A stretch of DNA of 64,000 bases from Octopus vulgaris (taxonomy: Eukaryota): positions 68,200,001 to 68,264,000 of the forward strand of contig OX597816.1 of the NCBI GenBank assembly GCA_951406725.2, given 5' to 3'. The first letter of the stretch is position 1. Every line of letters begins with the position of its first letter. Both the position numbers and the translations under genes were made by a program. Below are positions 27,382 to 39,768 of this stretch, piece by piece. The notes beneath the pieces were generated by a model that searched no databases, was not told the origin of the DNA, and saw only the letters and a list, made by a program, of their open reading frames with translations.

Positions 27382-28357
27382 TACATATATGCATATATGT
27401 ATATATCTATGTTTGTGTTTATCTTGCTCCTGCTTTACAATCGGTGTTTGTTTGATTATGTCCTCGTAACGTAGCGGTTCGGCGGTAGAGCCAGATAGAA
27501 TAAGTGCCAATATCAAAAATATGTATTGGGGGTCGAATTGTTCCTGCCAAACCTTGAAGATAGCACCCCAGCTTTGCCGCAGTCTGATGATTGAAACAAG
27601 TAAAAGATAAAATATACAGTTCAATGGAAATATGCTTGCAGGGTTAGGGTTAGGGTTTTATCTCATTTGGCTGCGGTGACAAATTTCTCACATGTTTCTG
27701 CGTTATTAGTCCTCCTCAGTGAAGAATAGATTCTGTACATGCACATGTCCTTACCGACAACATTCCAACACATTCCAACGCATTTCAACAGCATTATCTT
27801 TGATTCCAACAGAGTGAGGTTAAATGTGAATGTCCCTTACTTTAATTCGATTAATTTGTTCCATTAAAACAAATTTGTGAAGACAAAAGAATCAGGTTAA
27901 AAAATTCTAGTTATGAAAAACTGTGTTTTAAAAGCAATGGTGCCAAATAGAGGCTTAATCAAATTCCAAATGAGACAAATTATTGCATTAGCATTTTCGA
28001 AGAACGACTGAATAACGAATTCTGTTGATTTGAAATAAAAATTAAAAACACAAAGATGATTAGTGAAGTAAAATTATGCAAGGAAATTGCTTGTTATTGA
28101 GTGCAAATGGGTAGGAAAAAACAAAACAAAACTTAATATGAAGGTAATACTCAGCGTGTGTGTAATGTGTGCGTGTGAGTTTGCATGTGTGTGTATGTAT
28201 GCGTGCGTGCGCGTGAGCGTGAGTATGCATGTATACACATGTACATATGTACGTATATATGTATGTATATATGCACATACACGCATACATACATATATAT
28301 GTATGCAAACTCTTTCTCCCTCTCTCACGCACGCACATGCATGCACATATACACGTA

Positions 28358-28444
<87 letters not shown>

Positions 28445-28546
28445 ATATCTATCTATCTGTCTGTCTATCTGTCACCATGAAATCAACGTTAGCCTTCTTA
28501 ACCCAGAAATAAATAATTCATCCACCAACGCATTGTTCGATATTAG

Positions 28547-28618
<72 letters not shown>

Positions 28619-28648
28619 GTATAAGGGTGAAAAGGAACACACGAGTTG

Positions 28649-29322
28649 ATATATATGAAAAAACAAGTCAAAAATAGAAAATGCTAAAATAATTTTATAG
28701 TGAACATTTCAGTACCGGTTTCGGTCATTTTGAGACCTTTTCAACTGTAACGATTAAATAATTAAATTTAGAAAAATTAGAAGAAAAGTTTTTTTAAAAG
28801 AATATTTCTATAGTAGTGTTCAGATTTAAGTGGCATTCTGCCTTTCTCTGACTTCTTCTTCTTCTTCTTCTTCTACTTCTCCACCTCCTACCCCTTAACT
28901 TTGTCACTAATGTCTTTTAGTATAACACCTACGCAAATTCTATAAACAAGCCTGTCAATATAAATATTCTCCTGAATTGAACTGAGACTGCCAGCCGCCA
29001 CTGACCATTCAAAATACGACCATCAGGGCACTCCCAGATTCTCCCACCCCCCTTTCCTCACCAGCCGTCTTCCTCTACTACCCTACCAAGAACTCACAAC
29101 GACCTCCAACACACAAGTGCAAACAAGGGAGTCAGAAAAAGGCAGTATGCCACTTAAATCTGAACACTACTATAGAAATATTCTTTTAAAAAAACTTCTC
29201 TTCTAATTTTTCTAAATTTAATTATTTAATCGTTACAGTTGAAAAGGTCTCAAAATGACCGAAACCGGTACTGAAATGTTCACTATAAAATTATTTTAGC
29301 ATTTTCTATTTTTGACTTGTTT

Positions 29323-29335
<13 letters not shown>
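28649..29335 (+). mobile_element. Penelope-like non-coding element with about 205-bp inverted repeats
   Basis: 28649-28853 is the near-perfect reverse complement of 29130-29335. Each arm holds a hammerhead-shaped motif (28710-28747 minus, 29236-29273 plus). Flanked by (TA)n. Confidence 0.65.
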
Positions 29336-29373
<38 letters not shown>

Positions 29374-29448
29374 GATGTAGATGGAAAAAGCACAGAAGTA
29401 AATTTAAGACATTTACTAGATGTACTTCTGAGCTATCTCCACCTCCAT

Positions 29449-29500
<52 letters not shown>

Positions 29501-29553
29501 CATATCTGTGTGTATATGTATAAACATGTATACAAATACATATACACACAAGA

Positions 29554-29585
<32 letters not shown>

Positions 29586-29592
29586 ATGCAAC

Positions 29593-29946
29593 ATTTCGGG
29601 AATGGTGTAGATACCATCCAGGCTACATATATTTCATAGCTAGCGGAACCTCGGAAGTAGCAAATTATCCGAGCGAGGGATCGACCGCAAGCTACTCTTC
29701 GGGTCTAGGTTACCTTGATTAAATGAAGTTTACACTGTCGGATGGCGATCCCGTGTAAGCTCACTGGAGATTCGATCGAAATCTCTACCATAATTTATAA
29801 GGGATGTAAACTTCACATAATGAAGGCAGCCTTGACCCGAAGAGTAGCTTCCGGTCTACTCCTCGTTTGGATAACTTACTACTCCCGAGGTTTCGCGAGC
29901 TATGAAACATACGTAGCCTGGATCTTATCTACGGCATCCCTTAAAT
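29593..29946. mobile_element. Foldback MITE with about 140-bp imperfect terminal inverted repeats
   Basis: 29593-29734 pairs with 29805-29946; right end ...atccc|TTAA. Confidence 0.75.
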
Positions 29947-30099
29947 TTAATTTTGTATCTATGTATGTATCCCACCCCCGCACACACACTTCATTCATAC
30001 TCAGAAACTCCGCTACCTTACTCTTTTACTTGTGTCAGTCAAATGGACTGTGGCCGTGCTGGAGCACCGCCTTTAGTCGAGCTGACCTATTCACCCCTT

Positions 30100-30560
30100 G
30101 AATATTGGAAAAGAGTTACTCGCATAATGATGATTCACGCTTACAGTGCCGACATCATATCTACTGTTCAGTGCTTCGTGAACACCGTAAAGGATGTAAG
30201 ATGTGACGTGGACAGATGCAACTGAAACTATGAAGCCGTAATCAGCAGGGAAGGACAGCGCAGGCGTTCTGACTGCATCCGCAAGCCGGGATTGATTCCA
30301 ACAAATTTGAACAGGATCTTAAACTCAATTTTGACGGCTATGTGAATTTGCTAGAGTCTGTGGTCAATCCGTAACTGGAGAAATGACTACTGGAAGGCCA
30401 CATGTACGATATAGCAGAATTCGGCTCCTTGCTGTATCTCCCAAAATAGTCAAAAGTGGTTGTCGGAGGATTTCTACTTCACCAGCCTCCTAATTATCCC
30501 GATTGGATTACTACTATACACAGGGCACATTTAAAGAAGACACCAACCGAATTGATGTCC
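30100..30560 (+). mobile_element. Highly decayed maT/mariner transposase remnant
   Basis: Broken motifs GRPHV, QNSAP, PPNYPD, DYY in the same order as in the 26.6-27.4 kb copy. Confidence 0.4.
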
Positions 30561-30649
30561 AAGATCACATTTACATAAATACTGCGCTCACGCGCGCACA
30601 CACGTGTGCGAGTAAGTTTATACCTATATAGTTATACTTATATGTATAA

Positions 30650-31125
30650 GCGCTGGCGTGGCTGTGTGGTAAGAAGCTCGCTACCCAACCACATGGTTCT
30701 GAGTTCGATCCCATTGCGTGGCAACTTGGGCAAGTGTCTTCTAGTATAGCCTTGGGCCGACTAAAAGCTTTATGAGTGGATTTGGTAGACTGAAACTGAA
30801 AGAATTCCTTCGTATATATATATATATGCATATATTTAAATAATGAGGGAGATAAATTGAATATTAATTTAATTAATATCATTTAAAAACCAGTAGCATA
30901 TATTTATGTGTGTCTCTTTGTGTGTCACCCCTCCAACTATCGCTTGACAACCGTTGTTGGTGTGTTTACGTCCCAATAACTTAGCAGTACTGCAAAAGCG
31001 AAGGGACCGACAGAATAAGTACCAGGTATACAAGGAATAAGTCCAGAAGTCGAGTTCTTCGACTAAAAGGCGGTGATGCAGCATGGCCCAGTCAAATGAA
31101 TAAAACAAGTAAAAGAATAAAAGAA
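30650..31125 (+). mobile_element. SINE family A
   Basis: Head, core and tail all match family A; diverged. Confidence 0.8.
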
Positions 31126-31147
31126 CAGGTATATATAAATATTCTTA

Positions 31148-32052
31148 TCTACTACATATGCGGGAAATTCTGTCTGTGGGTGTATTTGTGGCGTTGTTAA
31201 CCAACTCCTCCTACATCGTTTTATCGATTTTGATGAAACTTGACACGCGAGTAGAACTCATGTCTGGAAAGCTCATGGCATACTCAAATTGTTGAGAAAA
31301 ATCGATAAGAGGCCCCCCTGAAAGGGGTCCTTATATATATCTAATATATTTTATTTTAAAATAACCCATTCGCCCCTGGAAGGGATCCTTATATATAGCT
31401 AAGGGAAATAACCCATTCATTTTCCTAAATTATTTGGTAAAAATGAAATTGAGTATGCTTATTTCTTAGTATTTGAACTGTTAGAGTTATTTTCAAAATT
31501 TATACAGTACAACACTTAAACGAATAAATAGCATTTTACCAAACAATAGATCCACTTATTTTGCTTAGTGACTTATTCACGAATATACCAACACTAGCAC
31601 CTCTGAGGGTAATATTCTCTGGGAAAGCACAAAAGCGCTTTTCAGAGTTATTTACTTTGAATTATTATTATCTCATATCTGATTAGCCTGTTATTACCTA
31701 ACACGCTTCATGATTTTAGTATACGTACCTTATTAGTATTTCTTCTTATGTTCTATATACTCCGAGAACGCATTAAGGTCCTTCTCGGGGCTACTTTATT
31801 TGAATTCTGACTATCGGGTAACTAATTTCATGTTATTACATAACTGACTTCACAACTTGGGCATTCATGATTCATTGGAAATTCCTAAAAACAAGATCCT
31901 GTTTAAGACAGTTCGGTATTGTTTGTAAATGTACAAAAATCGTTTCGAGGACTACATACTTTGTATTGTTGTTATTGGATTAGCGAAACAATTATGAGAA
32001 CGGAACCAAGAGATAAGCTCCGCCTTCCCGGGAATTACCCGGTACATTAGCT

Positions 32053-32054
<2 letters not shown>
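31148..32054 (+). mobile_element. Putative non-autonomous Helitron
   Basis: Starts A|TCTACTA...tgtctgt...ttttgatgaaacttgacac (Helitron 5'-type sequence). Ends with hairpin ccggg-aatta-cccgg (32028-32042) and CTTG|T, a one-base variant of CTAG. Confidence 0.55.
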
Positions 32055-32098
<44 letters not shown>

Positions 32099-32306
32099 TA
32101 CATACATACACACATACATACATACATACATACATACATACATACATACATAATACAAATATATATATATATATAATTCTTTTATTTTTTGCTTGTTTCT
32201 GTAATTAGACCGTGCCCTTGCTAGGGCTCTACCTTGAAGAATTTTAGAAGAACGAATCGATCCAGAACTTTTTTGTCAATCAGTCTCGGTTTCAAGTGGT
32301 GGTGGA

Positions 32307-32366
<60 letters not shown>

Positions 32367-32448
32367 ACACACACGTTCACATACGCAACCACACTCACAG
32401 ATGCAGACACACACATATATTTGTATGTATATATTTAATATATTCATC

Positions 32449-32508
<60 letters not shown>

Positions 32509-32509
32509 G

Positions 32510-32940
32510 AGTAGCTGTGTGGTAAGAAGCTCGCTTCCCAACCACATGCTTCCGGGTTCAGTTCTACTGTGTGGTATCTTGGGCAAGTGTCTTTATCTAT
32601 ATGCTTGGGCCAACTAATGCCTTTCTGAGTGGATTTGATGGACGGAAACTGAAAGAAGCCCGTCGTATGTATGTATGTATGTATGTATGTATGTATGTAT
32701 GTATGTATGTATGTATGTATGTATGTATGCATGTATTTATTTTTCTGTGTTTGTTCCTCCTGCCCCATCGCTTGACAACATATGTTGGTGTGTTTACATC
32801 CTTGTGACTTAGCGGTTCGGCAAAAGATCCGATAGAATTAATAGTAACCACGCAAAGAATAAGTATGGGGGACGATTTGTTCGACTCAAGGCAGTGCTCC
32901 AGCATGGCCGCAGTCAAATGACTGAAACTAGTAAAAGATC
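32510..32940 (+). mobile_element. SINE family A
   Basis: Match to family A with internal (TATG)n. Confidence 0.8.
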
Positions 32941-33587
32941 TTTGCAAGCTGTACGCGCGCGCGTGTGGGTGTGTGCGTGGAATATGACAATTTAAGAAGC
33001 TCATAAAAGGTCCCATAGGAGTCACATGTTGTATAATGTTACCTGAAAAAAAATCTATACTTGTATTTCGGATTGTTACTATTGGAATTCCTAAAATGTT
33101 AATTTCATTAAGTCAGGCACATATGCAATGCTTAGGGAGAACGTATAAGCGTGTATGGTATAAGGGAGATAATTATTCCCTTTCTACTTATTAATTATGT
33201 CCCTTACACTATATTTTCTTGGTTATTAAAATAAGTATGCTTCAATCGCGATGCATTTAAATTTGGTCTTATAATTACTTACACATAATGCCAACTTTGG
33301 TAGGTTCATGATACTAATGTTGTGCTTCTGTTGTGTATCAAGAGGTACACTGTCTTGTTGTTGTTATCCTTTTCAGGTTCATTAGACTGAGGGGTGCAAG
33401 GTCCTATTTCATTATGCCGGCTACCGTTTATTGATACTGGAGTCAGTTTTTCGGGGGTTGTATAATGATTAATATCGATATAATGTCAGATAAATATAAC
33501 AATAACAACAATACGAGGATGGAATTTATAAATAAAGCGATGTATTAAATATTTATGAATTACATCCTGGTATTATTATCATCATCA

Positions 33588-33639
<52 letters not shown>

Positions 33640-33794
33640 CGTCGTCGTCGTCGTCATCATCATCATTATCATCATTATTATAATTATTATTATTATTGTT
33701 GTTATTATCATCATCATCATCATCATCATCAAGCATATAGATAAAGACACTTGCCCAAGATACCACACAGTGCGAGCTTCTTACCACACAGCTA

Positions 33795-33830
<36 letters not shown>

Positions 33831-34180
33831 AAAACTTATATATAAAGGACGTGGAATTCACGAATTGACAAACACGGAAAAACGGACAGTAATTCAGAGC
33901 CTTCATTCTTCAGTCAGAAACCGATTCATCATGGCAAATTTCGGCTGTTTAATTCTGAGATGTGCTCCGAAAAGGCCAGCCCCAAGGCAAAAGCTAAGCT
34001 ATGGGCATTAGATTTGCTTGGTAGAAGGAAAGAATGTGACAGTCGAGACGAACAGGAAAACAAGAGACGAAGATAGAATTTACAGTAACGAATAAAAACA
34101 GGAATGATACGGGGGCGTCATACGACTTTGAGACAAAATGAGACAAAACAATTGATACACACACACACACACACACATTA

Positions 34181-34212
<32 letters not shown>

Positions 34213-34784
34213 GTTATTTTTGCTGTTGTTGTAGTTAGTATAATTATGCATAGGCGCACACACGCGAGCGCGCAATATTGCCTTCGATTAATAAAGAACT
34301 CCAAGAATCCTTATTGCAGGGTCCGAGGATTATAGTTCATCACCATTCTGTATGGTAAACCCGTGGTTCCGCTGGAGAGCGATATACAAGATAAGGCATA
34401 AATAGTGGTCGTGAGATATTCTTACCCTTGGCTTACAGCTGTTTCCAGTAGTCGTTATAGGTTTCTCAGTTGACTTATTGATCAGCTGAGAAAAGTTGAA
34501 CGACCTAAAAAATTAATTCCACTTTGGTCGGGAGGAGGAAATGGGTCTACACGAAAGTAACATTAATTCTTTAGATCGTTCACCTTTTCGCAACTGATCA
34601 ATAGTCTTATTGCAAAATTTCTCCATTATTTATACCGTGTCTTATATGTCTGTGTGTGTGTATGTGTGTGTGTGTGTATGTGTGTGTGTGTGTGTGCGCG
34701 CGCGCGTTCGCACGGGCATGTGTATGCATGTACCTATCTATCAATCTATTTGCTTTTATATATATATATACTATTTTACATTTT

Positions 34785-35171
34785 ACTCTTCTACTTGTTT
34801 CAGTCATTTGACTGCGGCCATGATGGAGCACCGCCTTTAATCGAGCAACTCGACCCCGGGACTTATTCTTTGTAAGCCCAGTACTTATTCTATCAGTCTG
34901 TTTTGCCGAACCGCTAAATGACGGGGACGTAAACACACCACCATCGGTTGTCAAGCGATGTTGGATGGGACAAACACAGACACACAAACATACACATATA
35001 TACATATATACGACGGGCTTCTTTCAGTTTCCGTCTACCAAATCCACTCACAAGGCTTTGGCCGGCCTGAGGCTATAGTAGAAGACACTTGCCCAAGGTG
35101 CCACACAGTGGGACTGAACCCGGAACCATGTGGTTGGTAAACAATCTACTTACCACACAGCCACTCATGCG

Positions 35172-35173
<2 letters not shown>
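34785..35173 (-). mobile_element. SINE family A, left member of a head-to-head pair
   Basis: Full-length reverse-complement match. Confidence 0.88.
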
Positions 35174-35217
<44 letters not shown>

Positions 35218-35219
<2 letters not shown>

Positions 35220-35740
35220 CGTAAGAGTGGCTGTGTGGTAAGTAGCTTGCTTCCCGACTTCATGGTTCCGGGTTCAGTCCCACTGCGTGGCACCTTGGGC
35301 AAGTGTCTTCTACTATAGCCTCGGGCCGACCAAAGCTTTGTGAGTGGATTTAGCAGACTGAAACTGAAAGAAGCCCGTTGAATATATGTATATATATGTA
35401 TGTGTGTGTGTGAGTATGTGTTTGCGTGTGTGTATGTGTTTGTGTTTCTGTGTTTGTCCTCCCAACATCGCTTGACAACCGATGCTGGTGTGTTTCCGTC
35501 CCCGTCCCCGTCCCCTAGCGGTTCGGCTAAAGAAACCGATAGAATAAGATAAAATAAGATAAAGAAAAGTGGAAGAAGGAGGTAGAGAGTTTCACGTCCC
35601 CTTGCAAAAGAGACCGGATAGAATAAATACTAGGCTTGCAAAGAATAAGTCCTGGAGTCGATTTGCTCGACTAAAGGCGGTGCTCCAGCATGGCCACAGT
35701 CAAATGACTGAAACAGTCAAATGACTGAAACAGTCAAATG
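35218..35740 (+). mobile_element. SINE family A, right member of the pair, with internal insertion
   Basis: Full-length match with a 45-bp foreign insert at 35551-35595. Confidence 0.85.
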
Positions 35741-35781
35741 TGTATATATATATATATACGCACACACATACATTCACACGC

Positions 35782-35875
<94 letters not shown>

Positions 35876-35876
35876 G

Positions 35877-35908
<32 letters not shown>

Positions 35909-36799
35909 ACTAGAGTTAAATGTGTGAGTTGTAGGACATCCTATAGCTAAATCTTACACATTAATCGACTGCATAGAACATCGTTCACTTGCTTGCTGTA
36001 TTCTTTTATTATTATTATTATTATTCTGATGATATACTATTGAGCTCGAGAAGCACAGATCTATGTTGGTCAGTATTATGTGGCGGTTTTGGATCTCAGA
36101 GTCCAATTATGATGCTTTAAAGGATCGACGTTAGCAGACATCAATAAAGACTTTACAGTTGGCGCAATCATGGAAATGTGGTTAAGAAACTTGCTTGGCC
36201 CAGTTTCTATGACGTATAGGTGGCAGAGATTACAACGTTTTTCCACTGAGTCGAATCCTGCAGGAATTAATTTTACACTTGAGTGGAATGGAACAACGTG
36301 AAAGAAGACAACGCACTACCCGGACCAGGAAACGAAACTACGATCTTACGGTCGTGAATGCAATGCTCTAATCACTAGACCAAGCGCCTCCACCCTCCTT
36401 TTGACGAGGCACAAGTTCCATTCGGTTTTAGGGGAGATATACACACGATTGATTGCTTCGAATATTTCTGTGATTTTACTACTGCGATATACTGGCATTA
36501 TTAAACATTAATAAATATCCTAAGTCATTTGTCTTTTACCTTCTACTTGTTCCAGTCTTTAGACTGCGGCCATGATGGGGCACCGCCTTAAAGAATTCTA
36601 GTAGAACGAGTTGAACGCAGTACTTATTATTTTTAAAACCTTTTACGTATTAAATCAGTCTTATTTGCCGAACCGAGGCTAAAATAGAAGATACTTGCCC
36701 AAGGTGCCACACAGTGGGACTGAAAGCAGAATCAAACAGCTGGAAGCAAATTTCTTACTACAACACAGCCATATCTGTTTATTTTGATTGACCTTCCTC

Positions 36800-37138
36800 C
36801 AAGTGCTGAGACCCCCTTCGGTCATGACTGACCATGGGATTGCACGTAGAAAGTAAACCTCCGAGGCACAAGTCTGGGCAAGGTTGTTTATGGAAGACCA
36901 GCAGTCACCCATTCATAGCGGTCTCCCCTCTCCACGCCACCGATGTTATCCAAGGGAAAGGCAAAGGGGCCTATACAGCTTGGCACCTGTGACGTCGCAA
37001 CTCATTTCTACAGCTGAATAAACTGGAGCATCGTGAAATAAAGTATCTTGCTCAAGAACACAACACGCAGCCCGGTTCGGGATTCGAACTCACAATCTCG
37101 CGATCGTAAGCTCGACGCTCTAACCCCTGAGCCATGCG
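36800..37138 (-). mobile_element. tRNA-derived SINE family D with RTE-like tail
   Basis: A box TGGCTCAGGGG, B box GAGTTCGAATCC, gttcttgagcaagatacttt core. Related heads at 7280-7502, 36240-36392 and 56330-56455. Confidence 0.7.
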
Positions 37139-37644
37139 TAACTCAGTATTAAATAGTACCAAGCTATTTATGCAAAGCAGAAGCAAGTTTTAATCGTTCT
37201 TATATTCTGTTGAAGCTAGTTGAGTTCGTCTTACAAAGGGAAAAGATCCTGAATTGCTCAAGATGGCTGTGGTTGATAAGAGACCGACTAATGGAACTCT
37301 TCTGCAAGCGAAAACTAGTTCAGTCTTCGCTGTCCCTCTCAGGCGAAGTGTACAGGCTAAGAGGCATTATGCTTGTGACCCTGAGGCACTTTCCATTTAT
37401 ATAGAAGGATTTCCAGCATTGCGATTGATTCAGAAGAAGAGTTTGCAATACTTCTGAGTAATTCCTACTGTTTCTACTTTGTGCAAAACGCTCGAGGTAT
37501 TTGAAACCACGCACAAAGTTTTCGTAAAGGGGATTTTTAAATGAGAAATCATTATATATACAGAGTCCTCCGAAAAAGTATACAGACTTCAGGAAAGGTC
37601 CCGAAGTGTGTAAATGCTGTAATATATCAACAGGAGATATCCGT

Positions 37645-37797
37645 ACATTATTTACATTATTTACATTCGACGGATATCTGTCCTCATATTGCTTGTTGTT
37701 AACTCAACGTTTCGGCTGATATACCCTCCAGACTTCTTCAGGTGTCTTGGGGAAATTTCGCTCCTGGGTTCTCATTCCTAAGGTATTTTCGATGTTG

Positions 37798-37859
<62 letters not shown>

Positions 37860-37955
37860 GTTATTGTTCAGGTCACTGCTTGGAATCGAACTCGCAATCT
37901 TGGGGTTAGTAACCCGCGCTCTTAACCCCTACGCCATATGCCCGTGGGCATATAG
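37645..37955 (-). mobile_element. tRNA-headed SINE-like element with (AAT)n body and hammerhead-containing tail
   Basis: Minus: A box TGGCGTAGGGG, B box GAGTTCGATTCC, (AAT)n, hammerhead fold, (AATGTAAAT)n tail. Flanked by 13-bp direct repeats aggagatatccgt (37632-37644) and aggagaaatccgt (37956-37968). Confidence 0.75.
37701..37746 (-). ncRNA. Minimal type-I hammerhead ribozyme, decayed
   Basis: gacac-CTGAAGA-a-gtctg gagggtatat cagcc-GAAA-cg-TT-gagtt. Canonical core; one mismatch each in helix I and helix II. Confidence 0.6.
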
Positions 37956-38545
37956 AGGAGAAATCCGTTTGCTCATTGAATTTGCATCAAACTCACTTTG
38001 GTTATCATTACAGTTGAAATATTTGACTTGTATAAGAATCCATATAAATATGAATACTTCTTTCGATGTTTTATCAAATTGCAATAAGCATATCTATAAA
38101 AGGGAGAATGTTTGTGCGTGCGTGTGTGTGTGTGCGTATGTGTACGTGATTGTAATTTATGCATGTCCACAAATTAGCACGCATGTCGCTCAAATTTTAG
38201 GAGGACATTTGTCAACATCCTATCTGGGTTTTGTCAACTTATTTTTATCCCGAGGCACCCGTGGGTAGCGTAAATATCTATTTTCAGACATAGCTTTTAG
38301 CCCCCCAAAAATATTAGCCTTGGCTTTTTTTGCCAGAGTCTAACAAAAAAAAAAAAGATAAAGAAAAGTGGAAGAAGGAAGCAGAGAGTTTCACGGGAAA
38401 GACAAATTGAGAGAGAGGGAAAGACAGAGATTAAATGACGTTAATAAACAGCCTTAGCTTTTTTGCCAGCGTCTAACAAAAAAAAAAATAAGATAAAGAA
38501 AAGTGGAAGAAGGAGGCAGAGAGTTTCACAGGAAATACAAAGTGA

Positions 38546-38586
<41 letters not shown>

Positions 38587-39494
38587 AGTTATGACGTTCA
38601 TAAAAAATAAAATGTAAAATACGTTTAAATATTGTTGAGCAAGATTTTTTGTTTTGTTTTTTGTTTTTGAAAGACACTTATAATCATAGTATATATACTT
38701 TCTCACACAACAATTACAATATATTCATTTTGAATATAAATATACTGTAATTGTTATATAATATAATATAATATAAATATATATTTATATCATATTATAT
38801 ATATATATATAATATATAATATATATATAATATTTTTTTGGTAAAAACGGTAAGATAACAAAAGAAAGAGACCTCAATATTATGTAAATAGAGGAAATTT
38901 ATCTATCAAATAATATGTTACAATTACTCAATAGTGCGTGTGTACGGGCATAAGAATGCATATATATATAGACGTTTTTACTTATTATTTTTCTATTTTT
39001 TTAGGTTTTTTTTTGGTGGGGGCATATGTATATTCATTTTTTGTAAATGCGTGTGTGTGTATGCGTATATAAACATGTGCGGGTATGTACATATATGGCG
39101 TGTGTGTGTATGAGTGCATAAGGGCATGTCCATATATGAACGTGGTTTTTATGCTTTGTATACTTCCTTATGTTTTTTTATGTTACCTTTAACCATGGTT
39201 TTTCTTGTGCTTGTGCGTATATAGACGTATGTATGAACTTTTACGGTACGCATGTGTGTGTGTAAGGGTTTGTATATATATGCGTATATATTTGGCGAAA
39301 AATGCGAGTGAAGATGTGTACGTTTTCATAGCGACGTATAAGTAGCGCATGGATCCGCGAGCGCACATGTAAGCGTATGACTAGCCATGTTTTACGTGTT
39401 TACTATGAAATTTTAATCTTATTTTATATAATTATAACACAGTAATTTCCCTTTATATAACGGTAATTTTTCATAGCGTTTTTTCAGATGGTCA

Positions 39495-39555
39495 GATAAC
39501 CGAAGAGATGGTATTGTAGATTTCCACTTCGGCATCTGAAACTCAGAGTTTTATC
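39495..39555 (+). ncRNA. Decayed minimal hammerhead motif in a Penelope-like remnant
   Basis: gataa-CCGAAGA-gatg...catct-GAAA-ctcagag-TT-ttatc. Perfect helix I, U4C core change. Adjacent 39560-39585 is inverted at 38910-38933. Confidence 0.45.
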
Positions 39556-39581
39556 TTGACTATTGAGTAACTGTAACTTAT

Positions 39582-39644
<63 letters not shown>

Positions 39645-39645
<1 letters not shown>

Positions 39646-39768
39646 ACTGATTTCAACGGATTTCGCCCAAAGTTGACGTCTATATTACTTAGTTTGGTTT
39701 GAAATAAAGAACTTGATTAGCTTAATAATCGTAACTTAATCCCAGGCAAGGCCGGGTTATACTGCTAG
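39645..39768 (+). mobile_element. Helitron 3'-end remnant
   Basis: GC-rich hairpin cccaggcaaggccggg (39741-39756) followed 8 nt later by CTAG|T. 5' boundary uncertain. Confidence 0.5.

Noticed and set aside
27641-27658. gggttagggttagggttt, telomere-like
   Set aside because: Only two TTAGGG units; too short to call an interstitial telomere.
37200-37545. Possible Ty3/Gypsy RNase H remnant (AKRHYACDPEALSI)
   Set aside because: Similarity too weak to support without a profile search; no LTRs seen.
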